Source: Eledone cirrhosa (Eukaryota). From it: a stretch of DNA of 64,000 nucleotides. Made by a program: the position numbers and the translations under genes. The notes under the pieces were generated by a model, which saw only the letters and a list, made by a program, of their open reading frames with translations, searched no databases and had not been told where the DNA came from. This document shows positions 52,814-64,000 of this stretch, in pieces (position 1 is the stretch's first letter; each line of letters starts with the position of its first letter). The DNA lies in NCBI GenBank assembly GCA_964016885.1, contig OZ024741.1, forward strand, positions 208,940,001 through 209,004,000, read 5' to 3'.

Positions 52814-53064
52814 CGTTTCTAGCATGTCGAAAGAAGGTTTTTTCCCCTTGCCATGCATTGTATCATGTGGCTGTGCCGATATTACATCTCTCTAGACTGA
52901 GGCTATTGATGGAACCGATGTCTTTATCTTGATGCATGTTAGTAAAATGTCGAAGTAGATATATTTTCAGTATAGTCGTTCCAATATTTAGTGAATATTT
53001 CACTAATGCTCCTCTAGTGCACATGTACGCGGTGCCAGCCTTAAAAACTAGAAACTGGCCCATA

Positions 53065-56000
53065 TCCATAATCATTGTCGTCGTCATCATCATCGTCATC
53101 ACCATCATAATCATTATAATCATCATTATCACGACCACCATAATCCCCATCACTAACGTCTTTATCATTAACTCGCCATGCCGTCACCACTACCACCGTC
53201 ATCACCACCAACATCTCTACTATCGTCACCACCTTCATCACTACCATCACCAACATCACAATTATCGTCACTACCACCATCACTACCATCACCACCATCA
53301 CTACCATCACCATCATCACTACCATCACCATCATCACTAACATCACCACCATCACTACCATCACCACCATCACTACCATCACCGACATCACTACCATCAC
53401 CACCATCACTACCATGACTACCATCACTACCATCACCACCATCACTACCATCACCACCATCACTACCATCACCACCATCACTACCATCACCACCATCACT
53501 ACCATCACCGACATCACTACCATCACCACCATCACAACCATCACTTCATCACTACCATCACCACCATCACTAACATCACCACCATCACTACCATCATTAC
53601 CATCACCATCATCACTAACATCACCACCATCACTACCATCACCACCATCACTACCATCACCATCATCACTACCATCACAACCATCACTACCATCACCACC
53701 ATCACTACCATCACCATCATCACTACCATCACCATCATCACTACCATCACCACCATCACTACCATCACCACCATCACTACCATCACCATCATCACTACCA
53801 TCACCACCATCACTACCATCAACATCATCACTCCCATCACCAGCATAACTACCATTACCACCATCACTGCCATCACCATCATCACTACCATCACCACCAT
53901 CATTACCATCACCACCATTACTACCATTACCACCATCACTGCCATCACCACCATCACTACCATAACCATCATCACTACCATCACCACCATCATTACCATC
54001 ACCATCATCACTACCATCACCACCATCACTACCATCACCATCATCACTCCCATCACCAGCATAACTACCATTACCACCATCACTGCCATCACCATCATCA
54101 CTACCATCACTACCATCACCACCATCACTACCATCACCACCATCACTACCATCACCACCATCACTACCATCACCGACATCACTACCATCACCACCATCAC
54201 AACCATCACTTCATCACTACCATCACCACCATCACTACCATCACCACCATCACTACCATCATTACCATCACCATCATCACTAACATCACAACCATCACTA
54301 CCATCACCACCATCACTACCATCACCATCATCACTACCATCACCACCATCACTACCATCACCATCATCACTACCATCACCACCATCACTACCATCATCAC
54401 CAGCATCACTACCATCGCCACCATCACAAGCATCACCACCATCACCACCATCACTACCATCACCATCATCACAAACATCACTACGATCACTACCATCACT
54501 ACCATCACCTTCATCACTACCATCACCACCATCACTACCATCACCACCATCACCACCATCACCACCATCACTACCATCACTTCATCACTACCATCACCAC
54601 CATCACTACCATCACCACCATCACTACCATCATTACCATCATCATCATCACTAACATCACCATCATCACTACCATCACCACCATCACCACCATCACCACC
54701 ATCACTACCATCACTTCATCACTACCATCACCACCATCACTACCATCACCACCATCACTACCATCATTACCATCACCATCATCACTAACATCACCACCAT
54801 CACTACCATCACCACCATCACCACCATCACCACCATCACTACCATCACTTCATCACTACCATCACCACCAACACCACCATCACCACCATCACAATCATCA
54901 CTACCATCACCACCATCACCACCATCATTACCATAACCATCATCACTCCCATCACCATCAACACTCCCATCACCACCATCACCATCATCACCACCATCAC
55001 TACCATCACCATCATCACTACCATCAACACTATCACCTACATCACTGCCATCACCATCATCACTACCATCACCATCATCACTACCATCACCACCATCAAC
55101 ACCATCACTACCATCACCACCATCACTACCATCACGACTATGACTACCATCACCATCATCACTACCATCACCACCATCACTACCATCACCATCATCACTA
55201 CTATCACCATCATAACTACCATCACCACCATCACCACCATCACCACCATCACAACCATCACTAGCATCACCATCACTACCATCATCACCAGCAACACTAA
55301 CATCACCACCATCACGACCATCACCACCATCACTAGCATCACAATCACTACCATCATCACCAGCATCACTACCATCGCCACCATCACAAGCATCACCACC
55401 ATCACCACCATCACTACCATCACCATCATCACAAACATCACTACGATCACTACCATCACTACCATCACCTTCATCACTACCATCACCACCATCACCACCA
55501 TCACCACCATCACTACCATCACTTCATCACTACCATCACCACCATCACTACCATCACCACCATCACTACCATCACCATCATCACTACCATCACCACCATC
55601 ACTACCATCACCATCATCACTCCCATCACCAGCATCACTACCATCACCACCATCACTACCATCACCACCATCACTACCATCACCACCATCACTACCATCA
55701 CCATCATCACTACCATCACCACCATCATTACCATCACCACCATCACTACCATTACCACCATCACTGCCATCACCATCATCACTACCATCACCACCATCAC
55801 TACCATCACCACCATCACTACCATCACCACCATCACTACCATCACCACCATCACTGCCATCACCATCATCACTACCATCACCATCATCACTCCCATCACC
55901 AGCATCACTACCATCACCACCATCACTACCATCACCACCATCACTACCATAACCATCATCACTACCATCACCACCATCATTACCATCACCATCATCACTA

Positions 56001-59000
56001 CCATCACCATCATCACTCCCATCACCACCAACACTACCATCACCACCATCACTACCATCACCACAATCACTACCATCACCACCATCACTACCATCACCAC
56101 CATTACTACCATCACCGCCATCACTACCAACACCATCGACACTGCCATCACCAGCATCATCACCACCATCACTACCATCACCATCAACCTGTACCATCAC
56201 CACCATCACTACCATCACCATCAACCTGTACCATCACTACCATCACTACCATCACCATCATCACTACCATCAACTTAATCACTACCATCACCACCATCAC
56301 CACCATCACCACCATCACCACCAACACCACCATCACCACCATCACAATCATCACTACCATCACCACCATCACCACCATCATTACCATAACCATCATCACT
56401 CCCATCACCATCATCACTCCCATCACCACCATCACCATCATCACCACCATCACTACCATCACCACCATCACTACCATCAACACTATCACCTACATCACTG
56501 CCATCACCATCATCACTACCATCACCATCATCACCAACACCACCATCACTACTATTACTATCATCAGCACCATCACCACCATCACTACCATCACCACCAT
56601 CACTACCATCACGACTATGACTACCATCACCATCATCACTACCATCACCACCATCACTACCATCACCATCATCACTACTATCACCATCATAACTACCATC
56701 ACCACCATCACTACCATCACCACCATCACCACCATCACCACCATCACCACCATCACTAGCATCACCATCACTACCATCATCACCAGCAACACTAACATCA
56801 CCACCATCACTACCATCACCACCATCACTAGCATCACAATCACTACCATCATCACCAGCATCACTACCATCGCCACCATCACAAGCATCACCACCATCAC
56901 CACCATCACTACCATCACCATCATCACAAACATCACTACGATCACTACCATCACTACCATCACCTTCATCACTACCATCACCACCATCACTACCATCAGC
57001 ACCATCACCACCATCACCACCATCACTACCATCACTTCATCACTACCATCACCACCATTTCTACCATCACCACCATCACTACCATCATTACCATCACCAC
57101 CATCACTAACATCACCATCATCACTACCATCACCACCATCACCACCATCACCACCATCACTATCATCACTTCATCACTACCATCACCACCATCACTACCA
57201 TCACCACCATCACTACCATCATTACCATCACCATCATCACTAACATCACGACCATCACTACCATCACCACCATCACTACCATCACCACCATCACTACCAT
57301 CACCACCATCACTACCATCACCACCATCTCTACCATCACCACCATCATTCCCATCACCATCATCACTAACATCACCATCACTACCATCATTACCATCACC
57401 ACCATCATTAACATCACCACCATCAATACCATCAACATCATCACTACCATCACAATAATCACTACCATCATCATCATCACTACCGTCACCATCATCACTA
57501 CCATCAACACCATCACTACCATTACCACCATCACTACCATCACCACCATCACTACCATCACTACCATCACTACCATCACTACCATCACCATCATCACTAC
57601 TATCACCATCATAACTACCATCGCCACCATCACCACCATCACCATCATCAGTACCATCACCACCATCACTAGCATTACCATCACTACCATCATCACCAGC
57701 AACACTACCATCACCATCATCACTACCATCACCACCATCAATACCATCACTACCATCACCACCATCGCTACCATCACTACCATCACTACCATCACCATCA
57801 TCACTACCATCACCACCATCACTACCATCACCACCATCACCACCATCACCATCATCACTACTATCACCATCATAACTACCATCACCACCATCACTAGCAT
57901 CACAATCACTACCATCATCACCACCATGACTACCATCAATACCATCACTACCATCACCATCATCACTACTATCACCATCATAACTACCATCATTACCATC
58001 ACCGCCATCACCACCATCACTAGCATCACCATCACTACCATCATCAACAGCAACACTACCATCACCATCATCACTACAATCACCACCATCACTACCATCA
58101 CCACCATCACTAGCATCACCATCATCACTACTATCACCATCATAACTACCATCACCACCATCACCACCATCACCACCATCACCACCATCACCACCATCAC
58201 TAGCATCACAATCACTACCATCATCACCAGCATCACTACTATCGCCACCATCACTAGCATCACCATCATCACTACCTTCACCTTCATCACTACGATCACC
58301 ACCATCACTACCATCACCATCATCACTACGATCACCACCATCACTACCATCACCACCATCATTACCATCACCACCAACACTCCCATCACCAACATCACTA
58401 CCATCACCACCATCACTTCCATCACTACCATCACTACCATCACCACCATCATTCCCTTCACCATCATCACTACCATCAGCATTATCACTACCATCACTAC
58501 CATCACCACCACCATCACCATCATCACTACCATCACTACCATCACCTTCATCACTACCATCACCACCATCACTACCATCATTTCATCACTAACATCACCA
58601 CCATCAATACCATCAACATCATCACTACCATCACAATAATCACTACCATCACCATCATCATTACCATCACCACCATCACTACCATCACCACCATCACTAC
58701 CATCACCTTCATCACTCCCATCACCAGCATCACTAGCATCACCACCATCACTACCATCACTACCATCACTACCATCACAACCATCACTACCATCACCACC
58801 ATCACTACCATCACTACCATCACTACCATCACCACCATCACTACCACCACTACCATCACTACCATCACTACTATCACCAACATCACTACCATCACCACCA
58901 TCACCACCATCACCACCATCAACATAATCACTACCATCACCATCATCACTACCATCACCACCATCACTACTATCACCAACATCACTACCATCACCACCAT

Positions 59001-61670
59001 CACCACCATCACTACCATCAACATAATCACTACCATCACCATCATCACTACCATCACCACCATCACTACCATCACCACCATCACTACCATCACTACCATC
59101 ACTACCATCACTACCATCACCATCATCACGACCATCACCACCATCACAACCATCACCATCATCACTAACATCACCTCCATCACCACCATCACCACCACCA
59201 GCATCATCACTACCATCAGCATCATCACTACCATCACTACCATCACCACAATCACCACCATCACCATCATCACTACCATCAACACCATCACCATCAGCAC
59301 TTCCATCAGCATCAGCACTTCCATCACCACCATCACTACCATCACCACCATCACTTCCATCACTTCCATCACTACCATCACCACCATCACTATCATCACC
59401 ACCATCACTTCCATCACTACCATCACTACCATCACGACCAGTACTACCATCACCACCATCACCACCATCACTACCATCACCACCATCACCACCATCACTA
59501 CCATCATTACCATCACCATCATCACTACCATCATTAGCATCACCACCATCAACACCATCACCACCATCACTACCATCACTACCATCACTACCATCACTAC
59601 CATCACTACCATCACCACCATCACTACCATCACCACCATCATTACCATCACCACCATCTCTACCATCACCACCATCACTACCATCACCATCATCAATACC
59701 ATCAACATTATCACTACCATCACAATAATCACTACCATCATCATCATCACTACCGTCACCATCATCACTACCATCAACACCATCACTACCATCACCACCA
59801 TCACTACCATCACCACCATCACTACCATCACTACCATCACCACCATCGCTACCATCACTACCATCACTACCATCACCATCATCACTACTATCACCATCAT
59901 AACTACCATCGCCACCATCACCACCATCACCATCATCACTACCATCACCACCATCACTAGCATTACCATCACTACCATCATCACCAGCAACACTACCATC
60001 ACCATCATCACTACCATCACCACCATCACTACCATCACCATCATCACGACCATCACCACCATCACAACCATCACCATCATCACTAACATCACCTCCATCA
60101 CCACCATCACCACCATCAGCATCATCACTACCATCAGCATCATCACTACCATCACTACCATCACCACAATCACCACCATCACCATCATCACTACCATCAA
60201 CACCATCACCATCAGCACTTCCATCAGCATCAGCACTTCCATCACCACCATCACTACCATCACCACCATCACTACCATCACCACCATCACTACCATCACC
60301 ACCATCACTACCATCACCACCATCACTTCCATCACCACCATCACTACCATCACCACAATCACTACCATCACCACCATCACTACCATCACAACCATCACTT
60401 CCATCACTTCCATCACTACCATCACCACCATCACTATCATCACCACCATCACATCCATCACTACCATCACTACCATCACGACCAGTACTACCATCACCAC
60501 CATCACCACCATCACTACCATCACCACCATCACCACCATCACTACCATCATTACCATCACCATCATCACTACCATCATTAGCATCACCACCATCAACACC
60601 ATCACCACCATCACTACCATCACTACCATCACTACCATCACTACCATCACTACCATCACCGTCATCACTATCATCACCATCATCACTACCATCACTAGCA
60701 TCACCACCATCAACACCATCACCATCATCACTACTATCACCATCATCACTACAATCACAATCATCACTACCATCATCACCATTACTACCTCACCTTCATC
60801 ACTACCATCAGCACCATCACTATCATTACCCCCATCACTACCATCACCGCCATCACTACCATTACCACCATCACTACCATCACCATCATCACTACCATCA
60901 CCATTATCACTACCATCACCACCATCATTACCATCACTACCATCACTACTATCACTACAATCACCACCATTACTACCATCACTACCATCACTACTATCAC
61001 CACCATCACCACCATCACCATCATCGCTACTATCACCATCATAACCACCATCACTACCATCACCATCATCGCTACCATCACCACCTTCACCACCATCACC
61101 ACCATCACTACCATCACCATCATCACTACCATCACCATCATCACCATTACCATCACCATCACTAAAATCACCATTATCACTACCATCACCAGAATCACTA
61201 ACATCAGCCCCATCACCACCATCACTACCATCACCACCATCACTACCAGCACCACCAACACTACCATCACCATCAACATTGACATCACCATCATCACTAA
61301 CATCACCACAATGACTACCATCACTACCATCACCACCATCATTACCATCACCATCATCATTACCATCACCAACATCACCACCATCACCACCATCACTACC
61401 ATCATCATCATCACAACCATCACTGCCGTCACCGTCATCACTACCATCACCACCGTCACTACCATCACCACCGTCACTACCATCACCACCATCACCACCA
61501 TCACTACCATCACTACCATCACTACCATCACCATCATCCCTACGACCACCATCATCACTACCATCACCATCGTCACTACAATCACCACCATCACTACCAT
61601 GACCACCATCAACAATACCATCAACACCATCACCCCCATCACTACCAGCACCATCATCAATACCATCATC
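53065..61670. repeat. 8.6-kb degenerate CAT/CAC/TAC satellite (dominant 18-mer CATCACTACCATCACCAC) with higher-order duplications
   Basis: Direct reading; rare-variant blocks recur (e.g. ACAAACATCACTACGATC at about 54471, 55431 and 56927). Confidence 0.95.
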
Positions 61671-61671
61671 A

Positions 61672-63500
61672 GACCCTGTCGCGGGACCACCAACACGGCC
61701 AGTCTGTGGAGCTAACATTGCTAGTAATTACAGACTGTCCTACTTCCTCTCCCTGATCATACGCCCCATCATCGAAATGTCCCCAGATGTATGTGACAGC
61801 ACGGAGGACCTCCTCAGCAGAATCGGCGTGAGTAACCGATCTATGGACCTAACAAACTGCATAATAGGTAGTATGGATGTTGTGTCCCTGTATCCATCTA
61901 TTGACGTGGATTTTGCTGTGGAGAAATGCGTAGAAATGATCAGTGAGAGCAATGTTTGAGTTCCGTGGGATTGATACCAGTGAGCTGGGACTCCTACTTA
62001 AACTTACCTATAGTAATAATTACCTAGACACATATGACCTTAGCAACCTGTGCCCTACAAGACCAGCAAGAGGCAGACCACCTACCATTACCTCAATGGC
62101 CAAGAAAACCCACACAGATAGATGGAACTGGTGGACCAGAGCCATACGGACACCCGAAAACCACGATGAACTGAAGAAAATAATTGCACATGCGGTAGGG
62201 GCCAGCATAAAACTAACCCTTAAGGAACATATGTTCAAATTTAATGGAAAAACATATGCCCAAGAGGAAGGAGCAGCCATTGGTGTTAGCATTGCAGGCG
62301 ACATAGCTAACTTATTCATGGTATGGTGGGACAGTAGACTTAAACTTAAGCTTAAAGAACAATTAGAAGACACCTTAACCCTGATAATGTACTCCCGCTA
62401 CGTTGATGATATAAACATCGTAGTTAAGACACCCCCACTAGAGAACAGTCAGGAACTAGAGAAAAACACAATGGAAAGCATCCAGCAAATAGCTAACTCC
62501 ATCCACCAGAGCATTAGAGTTACTATAGACTACCCAAGTAAACACCCCAACCATCGATTACCTGTACTAGACACAGAGCTCTGGTTAGATACCATTAATA
62601 ACAAAAAACAAATCCTCAATTCCCATTATGCCAAACCCATGACTTACAAACATCTGATCCACCGAAACTCGGCCGTTTCGGACCGTACCAAAATCAACAT
62701 ACTGATTGCGGATTTGGTACGGGTGATGAGAAACGTGTCCCGCATGTGCAACCCCGAAGAACTAGAGAGACACATACAACACTTCATCCACCGTATGCAG
62801 TTCTCTGGCTACAATCAGAGAGATAAAATCAGAGAGATAAAATCAGGAGCCAGAACCAAATGGGAAAAAATGGTAAATAATGACATAAATGGGACCTGCC
62901 CCTTATATAGGAGCAAATTTTGGAATAGAATAGAAATAACTAGGAACAAGGCTAATAGAATAAACTCATGGTATGATAGCAATAAATACCAGAGTGTAAT
63001 GTTCATCGATACAACCCCTAGAGGTGAATTAGCTTACAAATTTAGAAGGGCCCTAAATAAACATAAACTCAATATTAAGATAGTAGAAAGACCAGGTACC
63101 TCCGTAAAAACACTTATTAGCAAGACATACCCTTTTCAAAGACCCTCATGTATAGATAAGAAATGTATAACCTGTAAAATAAGCCCCCATATTAACTGTA
63201 AAACTAGAAATGTAGTGTATAGCATAAGATGTACTGAAGGACAATGTAGAGACAACAATATAGTGTACATAGGTGAGACAGCTCGTAGTGTAGGGGAACG
63301 GTTAAATGAACACTGGCGAGACCTTCAAGATAGTAAAGAATCATCTGTACTCTACCAACATGCTAAAATAGAACACAAGGGTAAATTAGAGAACATAGAA
63401 ATAAAAATAGAATCTACACACAGACGCAATGTTTAGACAAATTACAGAGGCAATAAACATAAAAGAATTACAACCAAAATTAAATAGAAAATATGAGTGG
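61672..63500 (+). pseudogene. PLE reverse transcriptase-GIY-YIG endonuclease ORF (frameshifted)
   Basis: Track ORFs 61777-61959 and 61943-63436 are consecutive pieces. Confidence 0.9.
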
Positions 63501-63728
63501 AACAACAACATCACAACTTACAATTAAGGACAAAATGAAACCATACACCCACATAGAACAAACAACCAACCAGTAACATGTAAATAAACAAATAAATAAA
63601 TGAACATAAACACACACAGACACCCAGATGTGGCGCATGCGCAGACTGAGCACACAACACACACACAGAAACAAAATGGCGTAGGACAGAACAAAGGAGA
63701 GGCACAGAAACAAAGCAAGGAATCCCCA

Positions 63729-63771
63729 GTCACTGAAGAGGTCACAGAGTGTGTGACGAAAGAACTATGAC
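63729..63771 (+). ncRNA. Type I HHR in PLE pLTR
   Basis: GTCA CTGAAGA G GTCACA-GAGTG-TGTGAC GAAA GAAC TA TGAC. Confidence 0.82.
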
Positions 63772-64000
63772 AATATATAAACAACTATCTGGTTGTGGAA
63801 CCAACTAACCAACCATAAATTTATAAATTTATAAATTTATTATAAATTTATTATAATAAATTGAAGTGAAAGCAACTGGTGCGTGTGTTTCTTATTGGCA
63901 ACATGACCCTCCCAAAGTATAACAATATCGGTTTCAACACCCGATTTCAGATAAAGAATCTTGCTAAACAAATTCAGAAACGAAATATATATATATATAT

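Larger units (their letters stand above)
61672..63987 (+). mobile_element. Penelope-like element, 5'-truncated: RT, GIY-YIG and HHR-containing pLTR
   Basis: PPTRPVC, SMDVVSLYPSI, QEEGAAIG..IANLFM, RYVDDI, LPVLD, CxxxxCxxC linker, NVVYSIRC..YIGETAR..R..EH; frameshifts at about 61740, 61955 and 63430; ends in (TA)n. Confidence 0.93.

Noticed and set aside
52896-52942. Possible micro-exon (CTCTCTAG..GTTAGT)
   Set aside because: Splice-like dinucleotides alone are not evidence; needs RNA-seq
58578-61718. 1046-aa ORF and other GDGSDG / SLPSPP / poly-T-I ORFs in the satellite
   Set aside because: Triplet repeats lacking stop codons give long ORFs in several frames on both strands; frames switch at 1-bp indels; no unique domain or splice context

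Overview
This is repeat-saturated eukaryotic (animal) DNA with no recognisable host gene, RNA gene or CRISPR array; the SINE families look like those of octopods (inference). Nearly all long ORFs in the track are microsatellite artefacts. Real content: (i) decayed non-LTR retrotransposons, namely one near-full-length and two partial Tx1/L1-clade copies, two R4/Dong-like RLE fragments and four RTE-clade pieces; (ii) five Penelope-like element (PLE) remnants with GIY-YIG domains, one with most of its RT; (iii) mariner, Tigger-like and Helitron elements and tiny MITEs; (iv) about a dozen tRNA-type SINE copies; (v) two large triplet satellites. The standout signal is found only by reading the non-coding DNA. 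I count 14 type I hammerhead ribozyme (HHR) motifs with intact cores plus about 10 decayed ones, from at least 8 different repeat families. They mostly sit in (TA)n tracts as tandem, circularly permuted and back-to-back inverted units of about 100-520 nt, and they show compensatory base changes between copies. This is what a PLE-mobilised retrozyme/circular-RNA system would leave behind. All motifs were folded by eye; no activity, expression or database novelty has been tested.
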